From: Burkholderiales bacterium
GTDB taxonomy: Bacteria > Pseudomonadota > Gammaproteobacteria > Burkholderiales > SG8-39
Length of the DNA stretch: 64,000 nucleotides
Assembly: GCA_036555245.1 (NCBI GenBank)
Contig: DATBLP010000008.1
Location: forward strand, 5,403-69,402
Direction: 5' to 3'
The position numbers were made by a program, and so were the translations under genes. Of this stretch, positions 49,707 to 57,518 are shown in pieces. Numbering within the stretch: the first letter of the stretch is position 1; each line of letters opens with the position of its first letter. The notes under the pieces were generated by a model, which did not search any database, was not told the origin of the DNA, and saw nothing but the letters and a program-made list of their open reading frames with translations.

Positions 49707-50150
49707 ATGATCGCAGTGCGGGGCTGTATGTTCCCCGATGACCGCTGCTACGATGCCCGGAAAAACGTTTGGCTGAAAAGCGAGGACTCCAACGTCGTTC
49801 TGCTCGGCGCCACGTCTTTTGGAGTGGCGCTCGCGAGCGAGTTTCTCGCGTTCATCCCCAAGCCGATCGGAACCTTGGTGGAAGCCGACCGGGCTGTCGG
49901 CCTGCTCGAGCTCGCCAAGACCATCGTATCGGTGCGCACGCCGATCGCAGGAGAGATCGTGGCGTTCAATCAAGCGGCGGTGGCGGACCCCTCCATCATC
50001 AACGCGGACCCCTACGAAGACGGCTGGCTCGTGAAGCTCAAGGTGGACAATTGGGGGGGTGCGAAGAGAAGCCTGGTGTCGGGGTCGGCCATCGCGCCGG
50101 CGTTCGAGGAGGCGATGCGGCTGGAGAATTTCGAGGGACGAGAGGAGTGA
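49707..50150 (+). CDS. GcvH-fold (lipoyl-carrier-like) protein
   Basis: ORF 49680..50150. The start is uncertain (GTG 49680, ATG 49707 or ATG 49728). LELAKTIVSVRTPIAGEIVAFN...DPYEDGWLVKLKV aligns with GcvH [22 protein letters not shown]...EPYAGGWIFKIKA, and the Lys is retained. Confidence 0.75.
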   Translation: MIAVRGCMFPDDRCYDARKNVWLKSEDSNVVLLGATSFGVALASEFLAFIPKPIGTLVEADRAVGLLELAKTIVSVRTPIAGEIVAFNQAAVADPSIINADPYEDGWLVKLKVDNWGGAKRSLVSGSAIAPAFEEAMRLENFEGREE

Positions 50151-50527
50151 TGGTCAAGCGGCTTGCCGTCTTGCTCTGGGCTACCAACCCGGAGCGGCCA
50201 CACCTCTGCGCCACTCCGTTTGTCCACGCGGCAGCGGCCGCGGCCATGGATGTCGATGTCGAAATCTACTTCACGAGCCAGTCGGTCTTGCTGCTCGCCC
50301 GCGGCGTCGCCGACCACATCTATCCGGGTCCAACGCAGCGACAATCCGTCTATTCGTTTATGCAGGAAGCCCTGCGTCACGGAGCCAAGTTCTTTGCCTG
50401 CAGCATGGCGATGTCCGAGTACGGCTTGTCGGCGGAAAACATGATCCCGGAGGTTGCTGGAGTTGGCGGAGCAGCGGCATTCATCGGGCGGTGCCTCGAC
50501 GAGAGCTGGCGGACGCTGACGTACTGA
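50150..50527 (+). CDS. DsrE/DsrF-like (COG2044-type) protein
   Basis: Inside ORF 49769..50527. ATG 50150 shares its A with the preceding TGA. The pattern RLAVLLWATNPE...AAAAAAMDVDVEIYFTSQSVLLL is typical of DsrE-like folds (from memory). Confidence 0.65.
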   Translation: MVKRLAVLLWATNPERPHLCATPFVHAAAAAAMDVDVEIYFTSQSVLLLARGVADHIYPGPTQRQSVYSFMQEALRHGAKFFACSMAMSEYGLSAENMIPEVAGVGGAAAFIGRCLDESWRTLTY

Positions 50528-50550
50528 TCCAGCGTGTCCGGTTCGGACGA

Positions 50551-51675
50551 CTAGCGGGCGCGAGCAGGTTTTGCTTCGGGTCGAAGGAGTCCACGGCCTC
50601 CGCCCGGACGAGCGTTGAATACGACTTCTGCGCTCAAGAGATCGCCGACGCCGGTCCAGTCGTAGCCTGCCAGATTTCCTACCAGCGAGGCGAATTCGGG
50701 GCTGCGAAGCACGGCAAGCAGCAGGCGCGCGGGCTTGCCATTCACGACTTCGTTGCGGCAGGCCAGGTAATAGCGCTCCCTGAGCAAGGGGATGAAGCCG
50801 ATCTTATACTGGGCGGCCGCTGCCTCTAGGCCGAATCCGACGTCGCACATTCCCGAAGCGACGGTTGCCGCCACGGCCAGATGCGTGAACTCCGAAGAGT
50901 CATAACCGGCAATGAGGGCGGAATCGATGCCTGCTTCCCGCAGCAACTGGTCCAGCTCCAACCGCGTTCCGGAACCGGGTTGCCGATTGATCATGCGCAC
51001 GTCCCGCCGGGTGAGGTCCGGCAGGCCGCGAATCTCCTTGGGATTGCCGTTTGCGACCATAAGCCCTTGCGTGCGGGAGGCGCACCGTATGAGCGCATGG
51101 TCGCGCGGCTTGAACGCGCGGCGATGGAAAAACAAGCTAGGGTCGAGCCCTCCTTCAGGGAGATGGAAGCCCGCCAGATCGCAGCGTCCTTCAGCCAATG
51201 CGTCGAGGCTCTCCAGGCTGCCGTGGAATTGAAGCTGAAGCTGAACGCCATGATCCTTCTGCAACAAGTCGCGCAGGTGCGGGAGCGCGAGGTCATGGCT
51301 GGCGTGCATGACCAGATTCGTGGTTCCGCGCGACAGCTCGGCCGACAACTCGTTTTCTAGTTCGCGCTGCACGGTTTCAATCTGGCTTTCCAGGCGCGAC
51401 CGGGCCATTTGCTCTGCCCACAGCAGCTTTTCGCCGAACTCGGTCAGCTTCGCTCCGCGGCCGCGCTCGAGCCGCACCAGGGGTCTGCCCACGGCCTTTT
51501 CCCATTTGCCGAGCATTCCCCAGATGTGCCGGTACGAAAAATCCAGTGCCCGCGCTGACTTGGCGAGCGAGCCGGACGCCTGCACGGCTTCCAGCAGGCG
51601 AAACAGGAGCGGACCCATCAGTTCCGTTTCCGAGGTCCCGATACGCCAGCTTGTGTCGATCTTGATTCGGATCAT
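50551..51675 (-). CDS. transcriptional regulator: ModE-like N-terminal wHTH fused to a periplasmic-binding-protein-like domain
   Basis: ORF 50551..51693. I prefer ATG 51675 (MIRIKI). SGSLAKSARALDFSYRHIWGML...RGRGAKLTEFGEKLL parallels the ModE N-domain. The C-terminal ~250 aa has an alpha/beta PBP-like pattern. Divergent from the tup genes. Confidence 0.7.
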   Translation of the reverse strand: MIRIKIDTSWRIGTSETELMGPLLFRLLEAVQASGSLAKSARALDFSYRHIWGMLGKWEKAVGRPLVRLERGRGAKLTEFGEKLLWAEQMARSRLESQIETVQRELENELSAELSRGTTNLVMHASHDLALPHLRDLLQKDHGVQLQLQFHGSLESLDALAEGRCDLAGFHLPEGGLDPSLFFHRRAFKPRDHALIRCASRTQGLMVANGNPKEIRGLPDLTRRDVRMINRQPGSGTRLELDQLLREAGIDSALIAGYDSSEFTHLAVAATVASGMCDVGFGLEAAAAQYKIGFIPLLRERYYLACRNEVVNGKPARLLLAVLRSPEFASLVGNLAGYDWTGVGDLLSAEVVFNARPGGGRGLLRPEAKPARAR

Positions 51676-51736
51676 ATGCAATGCAAGACACAAACGTACA
51701 CTGCTTTAAAATATAGCAAATTCCTAGAGTAAGCGT

Positions 51737-51761
51737 TGCATATCCTTTCAGGATGCATATC
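51737..51761. repeat. direct repeat TGCATATC x2 (17-nt spacing) in the regulator/tupB intergenic region
   Basis: TGCATATC occurs at 51737-51744 and 51754-51761, flanking ATCCT/AGGAT. The inverted copy ATATGCA lies at 51674-51680, over the regulator start codon. The region is an AT-rich 266-bp gap. Confidence 0.4.
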
Positions 51762-51941
51762 TGTGCGAATATGGAAAAACAACGAAACCCTGCCATCGCA
51801 ACCAAATAGGAAAGATAGAGCATATTTCAAACAAACGAGGGCTCCCCATACTATTCGGGAGTGATAACAGCTACCTTCACACCATTTCACTCGGTGATCT
51901 TGAATTCTGCGGGTGACAGAGGGCCTAAGGGCTAGGCCATC

Positions 51942-52637
51942 GTGTCCGACGCTCTGGTTACTGCGGCCCAGCTCGTGGTCGGGCTCGACGCCAAGTTGGT
52001 CGAAATAGTTCTGCTCAGCCTGCGCGTCAGCCTTTCTGCCGTGTTCTTCGCCGCGCTGTTGGGTTTCCCGCTCGGCGCCGGCATCGCCGTCGGCCGATTC
52101 CCGGGACGCAAGACGCTGATCGTGTTTCTGAACGCGCTGATGGGCCTGCCCCCGGTCGTGGTGGGCCTGCTCATCTACCTCCTGCTCTCGCGCTCCGGTC
52201 CGCTCGGCCCGCTGGGGATTCTGTTTACTCCGGCTGCGATGGTCGTCGCCCAGACGGTCCTCATTTTTCCGATCATCGCCGCTCTCTCCCGGCAGGCCAT
52301 CGAGGACGCCTGGCGCGAGTTCCAGGAACAATTGCGCTCGCTCGGCGCGAGCCGCGCAAACGCCGCGCTGACGCTCCTGTGGGATACGCGCTTCTCGCTG
52401 CTCACTACCGTCCTCGCCGGCTTCGGGCGCGCCGCCGCCGAAGTCGGCGCGGTGATCATCGTCGGCGGAAACATCGACGGAGTGACGCGCGTCATGACGA
52501 CCACGATCGCGCTCGAAACGAGCAAAGGCGACCTGCCGCTCGCGCTCGGTCTGGGGATGATCCTGATCGCCATCGTCATTGCCGTGAACGCCGCAGCCTA
52601 CCTGACCAAGGAGCTGGCCCAAAGGCGCTACGGATGA
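51942..52637 (+). CDS. tupB: tungstate ABC transporter permease (TupB-like)
   Basis: ORF 51942..52637 with a GTG start. Five to six TM helices of a BPD-type permease. The operon contains a TupA-type binding protein. Confidence 0.8.
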   Translation: MSDALVTAAQLVVGLDAKLVEIVLLSLRVSLSAVFFAALLGFPLGAGIAVGRFPGRKTLIVFLNALMGLPPVVVGLLIYLLLSRSGPLGPLGILFTPAAMVVAQTVLIFPIIAALSRQAIEDAWREFQEQLRSLGASRANAALTLLWDTRFSLLTTVLAGFGRAAAEVGAVIIVGGNIDGVTRVMTTTIALETSKGDLPLALGLGMILIAIVIAVNAAAYLTKELAQRRYG

Positions 52638-53359
52638 GAAATGGAGCAATCCTTCCGCTGCGTCTTCACGAAGTGTCGTTCGCGGCAGGCGGCCGGACGA
52701 TCATCGACCGGGCATCGCTCGAGATCGAGGCAGGCCCGAGCACGATCATCCTGGGCCCGAACGGCGCCGGAAAGAGCGTGCTGATGCGTCTCATGCACGG
52801 TTTGCTCGATCCTTCCTCGGGCCGGGTCGAGTGGAGCGCACCCGAGCACCCCGGGGCGCCAAGAAAACAGGCGATGGTGTTCCAGCGTCCGGTGATGCTG
52901 CGCCGATCGGCCGAGGCCAATATCGCCTACGCGTTGAAGATCGCCGGAATCCGGAAGAGGCAGCGCGAGGCCCTGGTACGCGAGTCGCTCGAAGGCGTGG
53001 GACTTGCGCATCTCGCCCGGCGGCCCGCCCGCGTGCTCTCCGGCGGCGAGCAGCAGCGGCTGGCGCTCGCGCGCGCCTGGGCTTTGCATCCGGAAGTGCT
53101 GTTCCTCGACGAGCCCACTGCCAGCCTCGATCCGAGCGCGACGCGCGAGATCGAAACCGTCATCCGGGCCTTCGACGCGGCCGGCACCAAGATCGTCATG
53201 GCGACGCACAACCTCGGCCAGGCGCGGCGCCTCGGCGACGAGATCCTTTTCATCGATCAGGGGCGGCTCGTCGAGCGCGCGCCGGTCGGGGAATTCTTTT
53301 CCAAACCGCAGTCGGCGCAAGCCGCTGCATTCATCAAAGGAGAACTGCCTTGGACTTGA
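52634..53359 (+). CDS. tupC: tungstate ABC transporter ATP-binding protein (TupC-like)
   Basis: Inside ORF 52379..53359. ATG 52634 overlaps the tupB stop (ATGA). Motifs GPNGAGKS, LSGGEQQRLALARA and LFLDEPT. Confidence 0.8.
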   Translation: MRNGAILPLRLHEVSFAAGGRTIIDRASLEIEAGPSTIILGPNGAGKSVLMRLMHGLLDPSSGRVEWSAPEHPGAPRKQAMVFQRPVMLRRSAEANIAYALKIAGIRKRQREALVRESLEGVGLAHLARRPARVLSGGEQQRLALARAWALHPEVLFLDEPTASLDPSATREIETVIRAFDAAGTKIVMATHNLGQARRLGDEILFIDQGRLVERAPVGEFFSKPQSAQAAAFIKGELPWT

Positions 53360-54174
53360 TCCGGAGACTACTGCTGCTCGCAACATTGATTGCCGCGTTT
53401 CCCGCAGGCGCGCAAGAGAAGTTCATCGTCGTCGCTTCCACCACGTCGACCGAACAGTCGGGATTGTTCGGCTATCTGCTTCCGCTCTTCCAGAAGAAGA
53501 CCGGGACCCAGGTGCGCGTGGTCGCGCTCGGGACCGGGCAGGCACTCGACCTTGCCCGACGCGGCGACGCGGATGTGGTGTTCGTGCACGCCAAGTCGGC
53601 GGAAGAAAAGTTTCTCGCCGAAGGACACGGCGTGAAACGCTTCCCGGTCATGTACAACGATTTCGTGCTGATCGGCCCGAAGGCGGATCCCGCCAGGATC
53701 GCGGGTGGCAGGGACATCCTGGCGGCGCTGAAGAAGATCAAGTCGGCAGGCGCGCCTTTCGTCTCGCGCGGCGACCGGAGCGGAACCCACATCGCAGAAC
53801 TGGCGCTGTGGAAGCTGGCGGGCATCGACATCGCGAAGGAGAAGGGGCCGTGGTACAAGGACACCGGCCAGGGCATGGGTCCCGCGCTCAACACCGCTGC
53901 GGCAATGAACGGCTACATCCTCGCGGACCGGGGAACCTGGATTTCGTTCAAGAACCGCGGAGAACTGGCCGTCGCGGTGGAGGGCGACAAGCGGCTGTTC
54001 AACCAGTACGGGGTGATGCTGGTCAATCCCGCCAAGCATCCGAACGTGAAGAAGGATCTCGGCCAGGCCTTCGTCGACTGGGTCATCTCGCCGGAAGGGC
54101 AGAAGGCGATCGCCGGCTACAAGATCGGCAGCGAGCAGTTGTTCTTTCCGAACGCCGGCACTCCGGGGGCATGA
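53350..54174 (+). CDS. tupA: tungstate-binding protein TupA-like
   Basis: Inside ORF 52831..54174. TTG start at 53350 or 53356. Signal peptide, then ASTTSTEQSGL, the TupA-type anion-binding motif. Confidence 0.8.
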   Translation: MDLIRRLLLLATLIAAFPAGAQEKFIVVASTTSTEQSGLFGYLLPLFQKKTGTQVRVVALGTGQALDLARRGDADVVFVHAKSAEEKFLAEGHGVKRFPVMYNDFVLIGPKADPARIAGGRDILAALKKIKSAGAPFVSRGDRSGTHIAELALWKLAGIDIAKEKGPWYKDTGQGMGPALNTAAAMNGYILADRGTWISFKNRGELAVAVEGDKRLFNQYGVMLVNPAKHPNVKKDLGQAFVDWVISPEGQKAIAGYKIGSEQLFFPNAGTPGA

Positions 54175-54977
54175 TCGTGGGCCGTGCGCTCGCGCTTTGC
54201 GCGCTGATTGCTCTCGGTACTCCGGCGATGGCTCAAGAATCTTCGGTGCGACTGTACGCTGCGGGCAGCTTGCGCGCGGTGATGAACGAGATCGGCGCGG
54301 CGTTTGCGCGAGACACCGGAATCGCCGTGAACGGTGAATTCGGCGCCTCGGGCACTTTGCGCGAGCGCATCATGAAAGGCGAGCCTGCCGATGTGTTCGC
54401 CTCGGCGAACATGGAGCATCCGCAGTCGCTCGCGCAATCCCGGCGCGCCGGACCGGTGGTGCTGTTTGCGCGAAACCGGCTGTGCGCGCTGGTCGCGCCG
54501 GGGTTCCCGGTGAATACCGCGAACCTCCTCGAGCGCATGCTCGGCGCAGGCACGAAGCTCGGGACTTCCACTCCCAAATTTGATCCTTCGGGAGATTACG
54601 CCTGGCAGGTGTTCGAAAGGGCCGAGCGGCTCAGGCCCGGGGCGTATGCGACGTTGAGCGGCAAGGCGCTGAAGCTCACCGGTGCGCCGGATTCTCCGCC
54701 CCCTCCCAAGGATCGAAGCCTCTATGGAAAGCTCGTATCGGAGCGCAAGGCCGACATCTTTCTGACCTATTGCACGAACGCGCTGCTCGCGCAGAAGGAG
54801 GAATCCTCCCTTCAGGTCGTGGCCTTGCCCGAGGCGCTCGCGGTCGGCGCGGACTACGGGCTCACGGTGCTCGATCGCGCCGGAGCGGCCGCTTCGCGCT
54901 TCGCGCTTTTCGTCGTGTCGGTGCGAGGGCAGGAGATCCTCGCACGGCACGGCTTTGCCGCGCCTGCCTTGCCTTGA
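54171..54977 (+). CDS. second ModA-like molybdate/tungstate-binding periplasmic protein
   Basis: Inside ORF 53004..54977. ATG 54171 overlaps the tupA stop (ATGA). Signal peptide, then YAAGSLRAV and EPADVFASAN, similar to the ModA family. Confidence 0.75.
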   Translation: MIVGRALALCALIALGTPAMAQESSVRLYAAGSLRAVMNEIGAAFARDTGIAVNGEFGASGTLRERIMKGEPADVFASANMEHPQSLAQSRRAGPVVLFARNRLCALVAPGFPVNTANLLERMLGAGTKLGTSTPKFDPSGDYAWQVFERAERLRPGAYATLSGKALKLTGAPDSPPPPKDRSLYGKLVSERKADIFLTYCTNALLAQKEESSLQVVALPEALAVGADYGLTVLDRAGAAASRFALFVVSVRGQEILARHGFAAPALP

Positions 54978-54988
54978 AAGGAGAAATC

Positions 54989-55198
54989 ATGAAGCTGAGC
55001 GCACGAAACGTTCTGCCAGGGAAGGTGGTTCAAGTCATTCGAGGCCAGACCACGGCGCACGTGAAGATCGAAGTCTCCGGAGGCACCATCATCACGGCCT
55101 CGATTACCGTCGAGGCCACCGACGAGCTTGCTCTCAAACCGGGCGACGAGGCGTTCGCGGTAATCAAGGCCTCCGACGTGATCGTCGGCCGGCCGTAG
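54989..55198 (+). CDS. mop: molbindin (single TOBE/Mop domain, 69 aa)
   Basis: Inside ORF 54770..55198. ATG 54989 follows AAAGGAG. MKLSARNVLPGKV...AVIKASDVIV is the classic Mop/TOBE sequence. Confidence 0.85.
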   Translation: MKLSARNVLPGKVVQVIRGQTTAHVKIEVSGGTIITASITVEATDELALKPGDEAFAVIKASDVIVGRP

Positions 55199-55443
55199 TA
55201 TCGGGGCCCAAGGCCAGCCGCGAATCCGGCAGCAGATTGGTCCAGCCGTGGACTTGCCCGCCAACCCGCCTGAAGCGCCCCGCACGCCGAGCCAGCGTTT
55301 CGACAGAATGAAGTGGTCCGGCACGCCGGCGACCGCCGCGCTCTCGATCTGGAACGTCGGGGCGGGATTCCTCTTCGGGATCTGCGCGTATCATCTGTGC
55401 AGGCGCGGACTGATACGAATTTGAGCGTTCCGGCAGCGGTCTC

Positions 55444-56505
55444 GTGACCCACACTTTCCGTCCACAGCGTCGGAGGATAGTCTTCGGGGGTGCCCTCGCG
55501 GCGCTTGCGCCGTCATTGGTGCAGGCACAGGCACGCACGGTCACCGACTCGGTGGGGCGCCGCGTGCAGCTTCCCGCGCGCGTCGAGCGCGTCTACGCCG
55601 CCGGGCCCCCGGCTTCGATTCTGCTGTTCGCGCTTGCGCCCGAGCGTCTGCTCGGCTGGACCTCCCCCTTCCGTCCCGCCGAGCGGCCTTTCGTTCCGTC
55701 GCGCTACGCCGACCTGCCGACGCTCGGGCGGCTGACCGGCCGCGGCAACACGGCCAACGTCGAGGTCGTCATCGGGGCGAAACCCGATCTCATCTTCGAC
55801 TACGGCACGGTCAGTCCGACGCTGGCCTCGCTCGCCGACCGGGTGCAGGAGCAGACGGGAATTCCCTATCTCCTGATCGACGGCGCGTTCGACCGGATCC
55901 CGGAGGCATTCCGCCTGCTCGGGGACATCGTCAGTGCCGGGGAGCAGGCGCTGGCGTGGTCGAGCTATTCGGCAAGAACGCTCGATGAAGTCCGCGCGCG
56001 CGTGGCCCGAGTGCCGGAAGGGCGTCGGCCGCGCGTCTATTACGGGCGCGGACCCAATGGTCTGCAGACCGGGCTCTCGGGCTCGATCAACATGGAGACC
56101 CTGGAGCGAGTCGGCGCGGCCAATGTCGCCGCCGAGCTGGGCCGCGGCGGTCTCGTTCAGGTTTCGATCGAGCAGGTGCTCAACTGGAGCCCGGATGTCA
56201 TCGTCACCACCGATCCGAATTTCTTCGCGAGCGTGTGGCGCGATCCCTCATGGCAGCCTCTGCCCGCGGTGCGCGAGCGTCGCGTGCATCTCGCGCCGGG
56301 GCTTCCCTTCGGCTGGATCGACTTCCCGCCTTCGATCAACCGCCTGATCGGACTGCATTGGCTCGGCCGTCTGCTGCATCCGGCGCTCTTTCCCGAGCCG
56401 CTGCGTCCGATCGCGCGCGACTTCTACGCGCGTGCCTACCACCAGGCGCCGAGCGATGCCCAGCTCGACGCTTTGCTCACGCAGGAAAAGCCGCCCGGCT
56501 CATGA
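55444..56505 (+). CDS. class III (BtuF/FecB-like) periplasmic binding protein
   Basis: ORF 55444..56505 with a GTG start. Arg-rich signal peptide. PBP type-8 pattern (KPDLIFDYG, SPDVIVTTD). Confidence 0.8.
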   Translation: MTHTFRPQRRRIVFGGALAALAPSLVQAQARTVTDSVGRRVQLPARVERVYAAGPPASILLFALAPERLLGWTSPFRPAERPFVPSRYADLPTLGRLTGRGNTANVEVVIGAKPDLIFDYGTVSPTLASLADRVQEQTGIPYLLIDGAFDRIPEAFRLLGDIVSAGEQALAWSSYSARTLDEVRARVARVPEGRRPRVYYGRGPNGLQTGLSGSINMETLERVGAANVAAELGRGGLVQVSIEQVLNWSPDVIVTTDPNFFASVWRDPSWQPLPAVRERRVHLAPGLPFGWIDFPPSINRLIGLHWLGRLLHPALFPEPLRPIARDFYARAYHQAPSDAQLDALLTQEKPPGS

Positions 56506-57518
56506 GAGCAGCGAAGATACCCGTGGCGCTCGCACTCGCCGTCTTCGGGCTGGGCTGCCTCGTAGTGCTTGCCTTCGCGCTGGGACGGTTTCCGGTCTCG
56601 CCGGGCGATTTTGCGAGGGTCATGTGGGCATGGATGAGCGGCGGGACCCCCGAGGTTCCCGCGACGGTTCAGACCGTCATTCTCAACGTCAGAGGGCCGC
56701 GCATCCTTGCGGCGATTGTCGTCGGCGCGGCGCTCGCCGGGGCCGGCGCCGCGTATCAGAGCCTGTTCCGCAACCCGCTTGTCTCGCCGGACATCCTCGG
56801 GGTTTCCTCGGGCGCAGCGCTCGGCGCCGTGCTCGGCATCTTCTTCTCGCTGGACGTGGTGTTCATCCAGGGGCTGGCGTTCATCGGCGGATTGACAGCG
56901 GTCGCGACCGCCTACTTCATCGCTTCCCGCATGCGAGGCCATGACCCGATTCTCGTGCTCGTGCTCGCGGGCGTGGTGATCGGTGCGCTGCTGGGCGCCG
57001 GCGTCGCGCTGATCAAGTACCTGGCAGACCCCTACAACCAGCTTCCCGCGATCACCTACTGGCTGCTAGGGAGCCTCGCTGCGGCGACTCGCGCTGATTT
57101 CCTTTCTGTTCTCCCGGCAGCGGCAATCGGAATCGCCGTGCTCTGGCTCCTGCGCTGGCGCATCTCGGTGCTCGCGCTTGGTGACGACGAGGCGGCCTCG
57201 GTGGGCGTGGAGACGGGACGCATCAGGGTAGCGGTCATCGCGGCCGCCACGCTCATGACCGCCGCCGTTGTCTCGATTTCGGGCATCGTCGGCTGGGTCG
57301 GGCTCCTCATCCCGCATTTCGCACGCCTCATGGTCGGACCGGACTTCACCAGGCTGTTCCCGGTGACGGCCTTGCTCGGCGCCGCCTTCATGCTCGGCGT
57401 GGACACCATCGCTCGAACTGCCGGCCGCATCGAATTGCCGCTCGGCGTCCTGACTGCGGTGATAGGCACGCCGCTGTTTCTCTGGCTGCTCGCTACCGCG
57501 CGGAGAAGCTGGCAATGA
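56502..57518 (+). CDS. FecCD/BtuC-family ABC permease
   Basis: Inside ORF 56235..57518. ATG 56502 overlaps the previous stop (ATGA). Motifs RGPRILAAIVVGAALAGAGAAYQSLFRNPLVSPDILGVSSGA and GVLTAVIGTPLFLWLL. Confidence 0.85.
   Translation: MRAAKIPVALALAVFGLGCLVVLAFALGRFPVSPGDFARVMWAWMSGGTPEVPATVQTVILNVRGPRILAAIVVGAALAGAGAAYQSLFRNPLVSPDILGVSSGAALGAVLGIFFSLDVVFIQGLAFIGGLTAVATAYFIASRMRGHDPILVLVLAGVVIGALLGAGVALIKYLADPYNQLPAITYWLLGSLAAATRADFLSVLPAAAIGIAVLWLLRWRISVLALGDDEAASVGVETGRIRVAVIAAATLMTAAVVSISGIVGWVGLLIPHFARLMVGPDFTRLFPVTALLGAAFMLGVDTIARTAGRIELPLGVLTAVIGTPLFLWLLATARRSWQ

Noticed and set aside
48494-50600. Genomic island integrated at tRNA-Sec (integrase, or direct repeat of the tRNA 3' end)
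   Set aside because: No integrase-like ORF or phage genes follow selC, and I saw no repeat of the tRNA 3' end by eye. A computational repeat search would be needed to exclude a short att remnant.
55199-55443. Firm call of a cobalamin riboswitch upstream of the BtuF-like binding protein
   Set aside because: Only loose resemblance (GAATCCGGC, CCCGCCAAC). I cannot find a GCCACTG element or a convincing B12 box. I left it as an unexplained leader to be tested with Infernal.
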